A DNA stretch of 64,000 nt from an uncultured Clostridia bacterium (GCA_944349515.1 CALVNE010000001.1:9703-73702); one strand, 5' to 3'; numbered from the stretch's first letter, positions 26,558 to 35,742 are shown. Program-made: numbers and translations. The notes: generated by a model not told the origin, from the sequence alone.

Positions 26558-28014
26558 TGCTTAAAGTTATAGAATTATTTGCAGGCATTGGTTCGCAAAC
26601 CCAAGCACTTAAAAATATTGGTATAGAACACGAAGTCGTTGCAATATCCGATAATGACAAAAACGCAGATAAAAGCTATCGTATTCTGCATAATCCAAAT
26701 GTTAATAATCTTGGCGACATAACAAAGATAAAGTGTTTGCCTTATGCAGATTTATGGACGTATTCTTTTCCTTGTCAGGATATTTCTGTTGCAGGTCTGC
26801 AACGTGGTTTTGAACAAGGAAGCGGAACTAGGTCAGGGCTTTTATGGGAAGTTGAGCGGTTGCTCTTAAAAGCACAGGAGCAAGGCACACTTCCAAAATA
26901 TCTATTATTAGAAAATGTTAAAAACTTAATAGGAAAAAAGTTTAAAGGCAACTACGAAAAGTGGTTGTCTTTTTTATCAGGGTTAGGATATACAACATAC
27001 ACACAGGTGCTTAATGCAAAAGACTATGGAGTTCCGCAAAACAGGGAGAGAGTATTCGCTGTCTCAATCCTTGGAGAACATACGCCTTTTGTGTTTCCTG
27101 AACGCCAAAAACTCCAAACAAGGTTAAAAGACGTCTTGGAGGAGAAAGTTGATGAAAGGTATTATTTAAAAGCATCAACGATAATAAGCATACTAAACAC
27201 TACATTTAATCAGCGAAAAGGGTTGCTACACGGTGGCAATGATATTTGCGCAACTCTTTGTGCTAGGGATTTTCACGAACCGAAGCTTATAGCAGTAGGA
27301 AAACTTGAAGGCGGAGTTTGGGATAAGAGATACAATCAAATTCGCCAAGTGTTTGATCCAGATGGAATAAGTCCAACAATTATGGCGGGTGGAGGCGGTG
27401 GCACAGAAACAAAAATCATTGCTATTCGTGGAAGAGAAGAAGGACAAGTCATTGAAGAAAATAAGCAAGGAACAAGCAATGCACTGACAACAGTAGCAAA
27501 GGATAACCTGGTTCAAGAGCAAAATTACATTGCATCAAAATACCAGGACTTTATTGAAAAGAATGGCTATATTCCAGAATTGTTTAATCCTTGGAATAAA
27601 AAAGAATTGACTGACATAACACCAACGCAAACCGCCAATTGTGGATCTAACTCGGCAAGTTCAACAGTGTTAAAAGCAGAAACACAGTGCCTAAACTATT
27701 ACGATGAAAATGGAAAAGCACGAAGTGTTCAAAATAGAATCTATGATGATCGTGGAGTAGGTGTTTCTGTTACACCATCATTTAGAGGCAACATTTCTGA
27801 AAGCAAGGAACTACAAGTAAATGAATACTTGAGAATAAGAAAACTGACACCGAAAGAATGTTGGCGACTTATGGGTTGGAAAGATGAACAAATTGATAAA
27901 GTTATTACAAGTGGAATGAGCAATACACAACTATATAAGCAAGCAGGAAATGGAATTGTTGTGCCAGTTTTAGAGGCAATTTTCAAGCAATTATTTTTAC
28001 GAAAAAATAATTAA
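26557..28014 (+). CDS. DNA (cytosine-5) methyltransferase with an enlarged target-recognition region
   Basis: Motifs FAGIGS (I), FPCQDIS (IV), ENVKNL (VI), QNRERVF (VIII), RKLTPKECWRLMG (IX) and GNGIVVPV (X). About 250 aa lie between motifs VIII and IX. Confidence 0.9.
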   Translation: MLKVIELFAGIGSQTQALKNIGIEHEVVAISDNDKNADKSYRILHNPNVNNLGDITKIKCLPYADLWTYSFPCQDISVAGLQRGFEQGSGTRSGLLWEVERLLLKAQEQGTLPKYLLLENVKNLIGKKFKGNYEKWLSFLSGLGYTTYTQVLNAKDYGVPQNRERVFAVSILGEHTPFVFPERQKLQTRLKDVLEEKVDERYYLKASTIISILNTTFNQRKGLLHGGNDICATLCARDFHEPKLIAVGKLEGGVWDKRYNQIRQVFDPDGISPTIMAGGGGGTETKIIAIRGREEGQVIEENKQGTSNALTTVAKDNLVQEQNYIASKYQDFIEKNGYIPELFNPWNKKELTDITPTQTANCGSNSASSTVLKAETQCLNYYDENGKARSVQNRIYDDRGVGVSVTPSFRGNISESKELQVNEYLRIRKLTPKECWRLMGWKDEQIDKVITSGMSNTQLYKQAGNGIVVPVLEAIFKQLFLRKNN

Positions 28015-28038
28015 AAAAAGTTGTTTTTCTTTCGGTTT

Positions 28039-28076
28039 TTCTCTGGACTTCCTAAAACCTTTGCGGTATTGTTTGC
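28039..28076 (+). promoter_or_regulatory. Conserved promoter-like element, copy A
   Basis: TTCTCTGGACTT-N9-TTTGCGGTATTGTTTG, i.e. TGGACT (28044-28049), 17-nt spacer, TATTGT (28067-28072), 30 nt before the amidoligase ATG. Confidence 0.5.
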
Positions 28077-28101
28077 TTAACCTAGAAAGGAGAGGTTAAG
28101 T

Positions 28102-28971
28102 ATGAAAAATCAAAAATTTGGAATAGAAATTGAATTCACAGGTATGAGTAGATGTGAAGCCGCAAGAGTTGTGGCACAATACTTGCAAACACACGAGCGA
28201 TATGATGGTGGAATTTATGATGAATATTCAATCATAGACAACCAAGGCAGAAAGTGGAAAATAGTAAGTGACAGCAGTATTAGATGCTCTGGAACATCAA
28301 AAACACAATGCGAATTGGTTAGTCCAATATGCACTTATGAGGACATTGAACAGATTCAAGAAATAGTAAGACAATTAAGACATAAGGGTATGATGGTAAA
28401 CGAAACCACAGGGATTCATATTCACATAGATGCAAGCACTCACACGGCACAAAGTCTAAAAAACCTTGCAAACATAATGTCAAGTAAAGAGGACTTGCTA
28501 TTCGAAGCATTAAATGTGAACCAAGAAAGAGCGAATAGATGGTGCAAAAAAGTGGATGAAAAATTCCTTGACAAACTTAACACTAGAAGAAAAAAAGATA
28601 TGAGTTCTATAAGAAAAATATGGTACAATGGAAATGATGAAGCCAACCTTCATTATAGCACTACGAGATATAGAGCATTAAATTTGCATTCAGTTTGGCA
28701 GAAAGGCACAATCGAGTTTAGATGTTTCAATAGCACAACACATGCAGGAAAAGTAAAAGCATACATTCAACTTTGCTTGGCAATTAGCCATCAAGCGAAA
28801 ACACAAACTTGTGCAACAAGAAGGCACACCGAATCAACCAATCACAAATACACATTTAGAACTTGGTTATTAAGACTAGGGTTGATTGGAGATGAGTTCA
28901 AAACCGCAAGAAAACACTTGCTTGCAAACTTAAATGGAAATATCGCATGGCGAAATAGGGAGGTGGCATAA
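28102..28971 (+). CDS. Amidoligase (glutamine-synthetase-like, Amidoligase_2-type)
   Basis: KFGIEIEFTG start, CELVSPI and TGIHIHID motifs characteristic of the phage/plasmid amidoligase family. Confidence 0.65.
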   Translation: MKNQKFGIEIEFTGMSRCEAARVVAQYLQTHERYDGGIYDEYSIIDNQGRKWKIVSDSSIRCSGTSKTQCELVSPICTYEDIEQIQEIVRQLRHKGMMVNETTGIHIHIDASTHTAQSLKNLANIMSSKEDLLFEALNVNQERANRWCKKVDEKFLDKLNTRRKKDMSSIRKIWYNGNDEANLHYSTTRYRALNLHSVWQKGTIEFRCFNSTTHAGKVKAYIQLCLAISHQAKTQTCATRRHTESTNHKYTFRTWLLRLGLIGDEFKTARKHLLANLNGNIAWRNREVA

Positions 28972-29399
28972 TGAAATACATTGCATATGGTAGCAACTTA
29001 AACCTTGAGCAAATGGCTCGAAGATGTCCAACAGCAAAAGTGATAGGAACTACAAACCTAAAAGATTATAAATTGACATTTAGGCGAGTGGCAACTATTG
29101 AACCACAAAAAGATTCCATAGTGCCTGTTGCGATATGGGAAATAGATGCCAAAAGTGAAAAAGCACTCGACCTATATGAAGGTTATCCAAGACTATATAG
29201 AAAGGAATACCTAGACATAGAATTGAATGGCGAGAAAACAAAAGCACTGGTTTATATAATGAACATAGGCGAACCACAAATGCCAGATAGATATTATTAC
29301 AACGTGATACTTCAAGGTTACCACGATGTTGGATTAGATACAGTGCATCTAGAAAATGCATTAAAAGATACCTATAAAAGAATGAAAAATCCATTATAA
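28971..29399 (+). CDS. Gamma-glutamyl cyclotransferase (AIG2/GGCT-like)
   Basis: YIAYGSNLNLEQMARRCP N-terminus and YEGYPRLYRK motif. ATGA overlap with the amidoligase gene. Confidence 0.75.
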   Translation: MKYIAYGSNLNLEQMARRCPTAKVIGTTNLKDYKLTFRRVATIEPQKDSIVPVAIWEIDAKSEKALDLYEGYPRLYRKEYLDIELNGEKTKALVYIMNIGEPQMPDRYYYNVILQGYHDVGLDTVHLENALKDTYKRMKNPL

Positions 29400-29433
29400 T
29401 TACATAATGGATTTACTTGATAAAGGAGAGTTT

Positions 29434-30513
29434 ATGATAAGAGTTATAACAAGCGAAAGTGTTAATATTGGACACCCTGATAAAACTTGTGATATTATTG
29501 CTGATGCCTTCCTGGATGAAGCATTAAGACAAGATCCGAACAGTCAAATGGCGGTTGAGTGTGCAATCAAAAATGATAAACTATTCATTTATGGCGAAGC
29601 AACAACAAAAGCAAAAATTGACTACGATAAAATAGCAAAAGATATTCTGAAAGATATCGGTTATCAATGTGATTTCACAATCATAAAAGAGATAAGTCAG
29701 CAGAGCCCAGATATCAATCAAGCAGTTGTAAAGAAAGAGTTATGTGCAAATGATCAAGGAATTGTGTATGGCTATGCGACAAACGAAACACCAGAACTTA
29801 TGCCACTGCCAATTATGTTTGCACATAAGCTTATGAAAAAGTATGAAGAGTTTAGGCGAAACACAAAAAACTATTTTGCAGATGCCAAAAGCCAAGTATC
29901 CATTGTCTATGAAGATAAAACACCAAAAGAGATTGCATCAATTGTTTTAAGCGTGTCGCACGATAAGTCGTTAGGTAAAGAGGAAATACGAGATACAATC
30001 GTAAACTCGGTTGTTGCACCTGTTTTGACCGAATTTGCACACCTTATAGGAGCAAGCACTCAAATCATAATAAATCCAAGTGGCAAATTTACAATTTGGG
30101 GTTCGTTTGGAGATAGTGGTTGTGTCGGTAGAAAAATAATTGTTGACACTTATGGTGGAGTTGGTAGAGTCGGTGGTGGCTGTTTCAGTTCCAAAAACGC
30201 TACCAAGGTTGATAGGTCAGGCGCATATTATGCTCGTTATGTAGCAAAGAATATAGTGGCAAACGGACTTGCAGATGAATGTGAAATACAAGTGAGTTAT
30301 GCTATAGGCCTTGCAGATCCAACATCGATTTATATCGAATGCTTTGGAACAAACAAGAAACCAATGGAAGAAATAGAAAAATATGTTTCAGACAATTTCA
30401 GTTTCAGACCAGGCGATATGATAAAGGAACTTGATCTATTAAAACCAATATACAAACAAACTGCTTGCTATGGACATTTTGGGAGAAATGAATTTTCTTG
30501 GGAAAAATATTGA
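29434..30513 (+). CDS. metK: S-adenosylmethionine synthetase (divergent, phage-encoded)
   Basis: TSESVNIGHPDKTCDIIADAFLDEAL, CANDQGIVYGYA and GGGCFSSKNATKVDRSGAYYARYVAKNIVA. AAAGGAG RBS before the ATG at 29434. Confidence 0.9.
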   Translation: MIRVITSESVNIGHPDKTCDIIADAFLDEALRQDPNSQMAVECAIKNDKLFIYGEATTKAKIDYDKIAKDILKDIGYQCDFTIIKEISQQSPDINQAVVKKELCANDQGIVYGYATNETPELMPLPIMFAHKLMKKYEEFRRNTKNYFADAKSQVSIVYEDKTPKEIASIVLSVSHDKSLGKEEIRDTIVNSVVAPVLTEFAHLIGASTQIIINPSGKFTIWGSFGDSGCVGRKIIVDTYGGVGRVGGGCFSSKNATKVDRSGAYYARYVAKNIVANGLADECEIQVSYAIGLADPTSIYIECFGTNKKPMEEIEKYVSDNFSFRPGDMIKELDLLKPIYKQTACYGHFGRNEFSWEKY

Positions 30514-30540
30514 AAAATAGGTAAGGTTTTATGTTATAAT
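30510..30540 (+). promoter_or_regulatory. Extended -10 promoter of the PIN-like moron
   Basis: TGTTATAAT (30532-30540) with TTGAAA upstream. GAGGTG RBS follows. Confidence 0.5.
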
Positions 30541-30556
30541 TCACTTGAGGTGAATT

Positions 30557-31585
30557 ATGGAGAAAATAAAATATAATTTTTTTCTAGATACAAACGTTTA
30601 TCAGGCTAAGGATTTTGATTTTAACGATGATATTGCTTTACAATATTTAAAAGAACATTGTACTAAAGGTATAGTTCAGTTATTTAGCAATGACATCATT
30701 ATAAGAGAATGTAAGCTACACATAAATAAAAAAGCAAAAGAATTGAAAAAGTTAGCCTATGTAACAATTAAAAATGCCAATATTGGTTTGACAGTAGAGC
30801 AAATAAATTCGCTTAGAATGGCTGTAGAAATTGAAACGAAAAAATATGTGACTAATTTATTTGATAAATATATTGTTGATACTAAATGTACAATATTAGA
30901 TAATAAAAATATCAATATAGATAACATCATAAAAAAATATTTCAATGGTTATGCACCATTTGGCACACAAGGTAAAAAAGATGAATTTCCTGATGCGATT
31001 ATAATAGAAAGTTTATTAAACTTTATAAGTGAACATAATGAAAAATTTGTAGTAGTTTCTAATGATAAAGATTGGAAAGATGCTTTATGTAATATTGAAA
31101 GCGTTATTTTCTTTAAAGACATCAAAGAAGCCTTAAACTATATATTTTCTAATGTAAAAAGTTTAGCAACAGAACTTCTAGAAGAGTTATGTGATATAAA
31201 ACAAGTATTATCAAAAATAAAAGCAAAAATTGAAGGGAATATAGTTTATAGTGATGACTTTAAAAGTGACATACAAATTGATGATGTTATTTTTGATGTA
31301 CCAAGTACAAGTATATTTGATTTCACTAATAATCAGATAGTAATTGCTGGCGAAGTTAATGCTGATATTAGTTTTAGTGGTAAGTTGTTTAACGAATTTA
31401 ATTCTGCATATGATTCCGAAAAGAAAGATTATATTTACGAAGATTATACTGATACAAATGGGGAAACAAGAGTTTTAATAGAATTTTACTTAACATTAGA
31501 TATTAGAAATAAAACATATCAATTAAAAACATCATTAGATAACAAGAATTTCTTTTTCGATGGAAGCAAGCTTTATTTATATTAA
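30557..31585 (+). CDS. PIN-like (DUF4935-type) protein, stand-alone moron
   Basis: N-terminal FFLDTNVY motif typical of PIN-like domains. It has its own promoter and terminator. More AT-rich than its neighbours. Confidence 0.45.
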   Translation: MEKIKYNFFLDTNVYQAKDFDFNDDIALQYLKEHCTKGIVQLFSNDIIIRECKLHINKKAKELKKLAYVTIKNANIGLTVEQINSLRMAVEIETKKYVTNLFDKYIVDTKCTILDNKNINIDNIIKKYFNGYAPFGTQGKKDEFPDAIIIESLLNFISEHNEKFVVVSNDKDWKDALCNIESVIFFKDIKEALNYIFSNVKSLATELLEELCDIKQVLSKIKAKIEGNIVYSDDFKSDIQIDDVIFDVPSTSIFDFTNNQIVIAGEVNADISFSGKLFNEFNSAYDSEKKDYIYEDYTDTNGETRVLIEFYLTLDIRNKTYQLKTSLDNKNFFFDGSKLYLY

Positions 31586-31599
31586 TTAAAAATTATTTC

Positions 31600-31623
31600 C
31601 ACACTTTAATGTGTGTTTTTTTT
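31600..31623 (+). terminator. Weak rho-independent terminator
   Basis: CACAC / GTGTG stem, TTTAAT loop, T8 tract. Confidence 0.45.
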
Positions 31624-31644
31624 ATAGCAAATATGGAGATAAAA

Positions 31645-33021
31645 ATGCAAATTGAAAGAATAAAAATTGAAGATTTAAAACCAGCGGACTACAATCCACG
31701 AAAAAAGTTAAAACCAGGAGATAAAGAGTTTGAAAAACTCAAGAACAGCATTGAAGAATTTGGATATGTAGAACCAATTATACTAAACAAGAGAACAAAC
31801 ACGGTAGTAGGTGGACATCAGCGCCTTGAAGTTATGAAACATCTAGGATATACCGAAGTAGATTGTGTTATTGTCGACCTAGATGAACAAAAAGAGAAAG
31901 CATTGAATATTGCGCTTAATAAAATAAGTGGCGAATGGGATACAGAACTTCTTACAGACTTGTTAAAAGAACTAGATAAAAATGGAATTGTTTCACTGAC
32001 AGGTTTTGACACTGAAGAACTAGATGACTTATTTGCAGGAACAGAATACAATGTTAGCGAAGATAACTTCAATGTGGAAAAAGCTGTTGAAGAAATAGAT
32101 AACAAACCATTCACAAAAAAAGGCGATATTTGGCATATTAAAAACCATAAGTTGCTTTGTGGAGACAGCACTAAACTTGAAGAAGTAGAAAGATTATTTG
32201 AAGATAATGAACAGGCGGATCTCATCGTAACAGATCCGCCTTATAATATAGACTACGGAACAAGTGAACAAGATAGGGCAAGAGCCAGAGGCAAAGAAAT
32301 TGAGAATCGTAGTATATTAAACGATAATTTAGATGATGAATCATTTTACAAATTTTTGTTGTCATTCTATGAAACCGCATTCGCTGTAACAAAAGGTGGT
32401 GGAGCAATCTATGTGTTCCATAGCACAAAAGAATCTGTGAATTTTATTGAAGCAATGAAAAATGCAGGATATAAAGTATCACAAACACTGGTATGGGTAA
32501 AAGACCATTTTACACTTGGTAGGTCAGACTATCAATGGCAACACGAACCTATTCTGTATGGTTGGAAAGTCGAAGATGGTAAACCACATTATTTTATTCA
32601 CGATAGAACAATGGCAACATTACTTGATAGCACAAAAGATTTGAGCAAGATGAAAAAAGATGAATTGCTAGATCTATTAAATAAAATTTTAGAAAATTAT
32701 CCGAGTGATGTTGTTCGTGATGCTAAACCACTCAAAAATGTCGAACATCCAACTATGAAACCTATAACACTATGTGGAAAGCTTATTAGAAATAGCAGCA
32801 GGGAAAGAGAGATAGTTCTTGATTTGTTTGCTGGAAGCGGTTCTACACTTATGGCAAGTGAACAATTAAATAGAAAGTCGTATAATGTCGAATTGTCTGA
32901 AACATATTGCGATGTTATTGTAAAACGTTTTGTCAAGGCATTTGGAGATAAAGAAATTTATTTGGAAAGAGATGGAAAAATGATGCCTATAAGTGCGACT
33001 AAAATTGTCGAAAATATTTAA
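31645..33021 (+). CDS. ParB-like nuclease domain fused to N4/N6 DNA methyltransferase
   Basis: IEDLKPADYNPRK and GGHQRLE (ParB-like N-terminus). IVTDPPYN (motif IV) precedes DLFAGSGST (motif I). GGAGA RBS before the ATG at 31645. Confidence 0.85.
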   Translation: MQIERIKIEDLKPADYNPRKKLKPGDKEFEKLKNSIEEFGYVEPIILNKRTNTVVGGHQRLEVMKHLGYTEVDCVIVDLDEQKEKALNIALNKISGEWDTELLTDLLKELDKNGIVSLTGFDTEELDDLFAGTEYNVSEDNFNVEKAVEEIDNKPFTKKGDIWHIKNHKLLCGDSTKLEEVERLFEDNEQADLIVTDPPYNIDYGTSEQDRARARGKEIENRSILNDNLDDESFYKFLLSFYETAFAVTKGGGAIYVFHSTKESVNFIEAMKNAGYKVSQTLVWVKDHFTLGRSDYQWQHEPILYGWKVEDGKPHYFIHDRTMATLLDSTKDLSKMKKDELLDLLNKILENYPSDVVRDAKPLKNVEHPTMKPITLCGKLIRNSSREREIVLDLFAGSGSTLMASEQLNRKSYNVELSETYCDVIVKRFVKAFGDKEIYLERDGKMMPISATKIVENI

Positions 33022-33034
33022 TTTTCTTCGGCTT

Positions 33035-33072
33035 TTCTCTGGACTTCTAACAGCCTTTACGGTATGTTTGTG
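33035..33072 (+). promoter_or_regulatory. Conserved promoter-like element, copy B
   Basis: TTCTCTGGACTT-N9-TTTACGGTATGTTTG, i.e. TGGACT (33040-33045), 17-nt spacer, TATGTT (33063-33068). It also shares CTTCGGYTTTT upstream with copy A. Confidence 0.5.
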
Positions 33073-33094
33073 TTGATTAAAAGGAGAAAAGAGT

Positions 33095-33361
33095 ATGCAA
33101 AGACCAAAACTTTATATTGATATCACAGGACCAGATGGAAATATCTATTTTATACTTGCAAAAGTTAGCAACATTCTGAAAAAGAAAAGAAGAATAAATG
33201 ACTTCAATGAATTAAGAGATACAGTCTACAAAGGTAGTTATTATCAAGCATTATATAACATAAACAAAATAATTGAATTGGTAGATATAAGTCAAGAGCA
33301 AAAACTTAAAAATTATATAATGCGTGGCAAGAAAGAATGTATGGAGGCTGAAAATGACTAA
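33095..33361 (+). CDS. Hypothetical small protein
   Basis: AAGGAGA RBS. No motif recognised. Confidence 0.4.
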   Translation: MQRPKLYIDITGPDGNIYFILAKVSNILKKKRRINDFNELRDTVYKGSYYQALYNINKIIELVDISQEQKLKNYIMRGKKECMEAEND

Positions 33362-33620
33362 AGGTGTATTTATATCAAAACGAATACAAAACAAAATGGA
33401 AGAGTCCGAAACATTTAGAGATGAATTCTATACACTTGTTGGAAAATATTTTATAAGAGATTGGGGAGATACTTGCGAAAGTGATAAGAAACTCAATGAT
33501 GATGCAATCAAAACAAAAGATAGAATAGTTGCACTATACAAAACTAGTGAAGGAAAAGTGTTTGGAATAACGGAATATGGTCATGAAATAACTACCTTTA
33601 TATTTGCTGATGAGTATTAA
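33354..33620 (+). CDS. Hypothetical small protein
   Basis: GGAGG RBS before the ATG at 33354 (internal Met of listed ORF 33324..33620). Confidence 0.4.
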   Translation: MTKGVFISKRIQNKMEESETFRDEFYTLVGKYFIRDWGDTCESDKKLNDDAIKTKDRIVALYKTSEGKVFGITEYGHEITTFIFADEY

Positions 33621-33632
33621 TGGGGTAGTTGG

Positions 33633-35195
33633 GTGGATGATATAAAAGAGAAAGGCAACGCTTTAGCTAATAGAGCAGTTGCCTTTATCAATTCATTGAA
33701 GCATACAAAGGGCGTTTGGTATGGTAAAAACTTTGAACTTTTACCTTGGCAAAACAAAATCGTGAGAGATTTATTTGGCACATTAAAACCGAACGGTTAT
33801 AGGCAATATAACACAGCATACATTGAAATTCCAAAGAAACAAGGGAAAAGCGAACTTGCGGCGGCAGTGGCTCTTTATCTTACTTGCGGAGATGGCGAGT
33901 ATGGTGCAGAAGTTTATGGTTGTGCGGCTGATAGACAACAAGCATCAATCGTTTTTGATGTGGCAGTGGAAATGATAAATCAGTGTCCAGCACTGAAAAG
34001 AAGATGTAAAATACTTGCAAGTCAGAAAAGAATTGTTTATCTTCCGCTGAAATCGTTTTATCAAGTGTTATCTGCAGAAAGTTATACTAAACACGGGCTC
34101 AATGTTCACGGAGTTATTTTTGATGAGTTGCACGCACAACCGAACAGGGCATTATATGATGTTATGCTCACAGGTTCAGGTGATGCCAGGAAACAACCAC
34201 TATATTTCCTTATAACAACAGCAGGAACAGATAGAAATAGTATTTGTTGGGAAGTGCATCAGAAAGCTGAAGATATACAAAATGGCAAAAAAATTGATAA
34301 TACTTTCTATCCTGTTATTTATGGACTAGAAGATGGTGCTGACTGGACTGATGAAAAGAATTGGTACAAAGCAAATCCTAGTCTTGACATAACGGTTGAT
34401 GTTGATAAGTTAAGGCAAGCATTTAACAGCGCAAAAGAAAATCCAGCGGAAGAAAATTTGTTTAGGCAGTTACGATTAAACCAGTGGGTAAAGCAATCGA
34501 TTCGCTGGATGCCAATGGATAAATGGAACTTATGTTCATTTAATGTTGATAGGGAAAGACTAAAAGGGCGAATATGCTATGGTGGACTAGATTTAAGTAG
34601 CACGACAGATATCACTGCTTTTGTTTTAGTGTTTCCACCAGAAGATGAAGATGGTAAGTATGAGATACTTCCTTTTTTCTGGTTACCAGAAGAAACATTG
34701 GATTTAAGAGTTCGAAGAGATCATGTGCCTTATGATGTTTGGGAAAAGAAAGGACTTATAATGACCACCGAAGGCAATGTTGTTCATTATGGATTTATTG
34801 AAAAGTTTATTGAAAATCTTGGAACTTTATACGATATAAAAGAGATCGCATATGATAGATGGGGAGCAGTTCAAATGGTGCAGAACCTAGAAGGTATGGG
34901 ATTTACAATTGTTCCATTCGGTCAAGGATATAAAGATATGAGTCCAGCGACAAAGGAACTTATGAAACTTGTACTTGAAAAGAAAATTGCTCATAGTGGC
35001 AACGAGGTACTTGCTTGGATGATGGACAATGTCTATGTAAAGACAGATCCAGCGGGCAATGTAAAACCAGATAAAGAAAAATCTACCGAAAAGATAGATG
35101 GTGCAGTTGCACTTATTATGGCACTTGATAGAGCATTGCGCCATAACGGAGATACTGGTAGCATTTACAATGAACGTGGCATTTTAATTTTATAA
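33633..35195 (+). CDS. terL: Terminase large subunit
   Basis: 520 aa. Walker-A-like IPKKQGKSE, Walker B VIFDELH, and a C-terminal RNase-H-like nuclease region (GGLDLS...IDGAVALIMAL). Confidence 0.85.
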   Translation: MDDIKEKGNALANRAVAFINSLKHTKGVWYGKNFELLPWQNKIVRDLFGTLKPNGYRQYNTAYIEIPKKQGKSELAAAVALYLTCGDGEYGAEVYGCAADRQQASIVFDVAVEMINQCPALKRRCKILASQKRIVYLPLKSFYQVLSAESYTKHGLNVHGVIFDELHAQPNRALYDVMLTGSGDARKQPLYFLITTAGTDRNSICWEVHQKAEDIQNGKKIDNTFYPVIYGLEDGADWTDEKNWYKANPSLDITVDVDKLRQAFNSAKENPAEENLFRQLRLNQWVKQSIRWMPMDKWNLCSFNVDRERLKGRICYGGLDLSSTTDITAFVLVFPPEDEDGKYEILPFFWLPEETLDLRVRRDHVPYDVWEKKGLIMTTEGNVVHYGFIEKFIENLGTLYDIKEIAYDRWGAVQMVQNLEGMGFTIVPFGQGYKDMSPATKELMKLVLEKKIAHSGNEVLAWMMDNVYVKTDPAGNVKPDKEKSTEKIDGAVALIMALDRALRHNGDTGSIYNERGILIL

Positions 35196-35204
35196 TTCAA
35201 AAAA

Positions 35205-35233
35205 TGGAAAGTTTTATAAAAATATGCTATAAT
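35205..35233 (+). promoter_or_regulatory. Promoter of the terL/portal-intervening moron
   Basis: TGGAAA, 17-nt spacer, TGCTATAAT (extended -10). The downstream TAATGTTGCCTAA resembles the conserved A/B/C elements. Confidence 0.5.
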
Positions 35234-35254
35234 GTTGCCTAAAAGGAGCAAAAA

Positions 35255-35689
35255 ATGAGTAATTTTGATAATTATAAATATTTGCTGGGCGACACGATAA
35301 TAAATTACCAACTTATAGAAAATGACCTAAAAATGATTTATGCAGGTATGTTGTCTGGCGATTTTAATGATAACATTGATTATGCAGATAAAACTTTTCA
35401 TGGCTTAGGACAAATAATAAACGCTTTACAAAAACTAGATAATAGTGACAATAAACTATATTTTAGCAAAGAAGATTATAAAATATTGAAAAATCTGGCA
35501 AGAGATAGGAATTACTATTGTCATCAGTGCGCCATAGATTTCGGATACATTCAAAATTTCATAAATTCAACAGAATATAAGAAAAATTATAGCAAGTTGC
35601 AATCAGTTAATACAGAAATAAAAAGAATGCAAAAACTCACTGAAGATTTTAGGTTTGAAATATTAAAAAAATATAACAGAATAAAATAA
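35255..35689 (+). CDS. Hypothetical protein, self-contained moron between terL and portal
   Basis: Own promoter and terminator, AAAGGAG RBS. 144 aa with no recognised motif. Confidence 0.5.
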   Translation: MSNFDNYKYLLGDTIINYQLIENDLKMIYAGMLSGDFNDNIDYADKTFHGLGQIINALQKLDNSDNKLYFSKEDYKILKNLARDRNYYCHQCAIDFGYIQNFINSTEYKKNYSKLQSVNTEIKRMQKLTEDFRFEILKKYNRIK

Positions 35690-35695
35690 TGTAGA

Positions 35696-35722
35696 CCACT
35701 CAAAACTTTTGGGTGGTTTTTT
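35696..35722 (+). terminator. Rho-independent terminator
   Basis: CCACTCAA / TTGGGTGG (one G-U pair), AACTT loop, TTTTTT. Confidence 0.65.
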
Positions 35723-35742
35723 GTTGCCCAAAAGGAGTAGAG

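Noticed and set aside
28044-28066. Sigma-54 (-24/-12) reading of CTGGAC...TTGC in the conserved element
   Set aside because: The GG and GC dinucleotides are 16 nt apart, not the required 10. The spacing instead fits a -35/-10 architecture with a 17-nt spacer.
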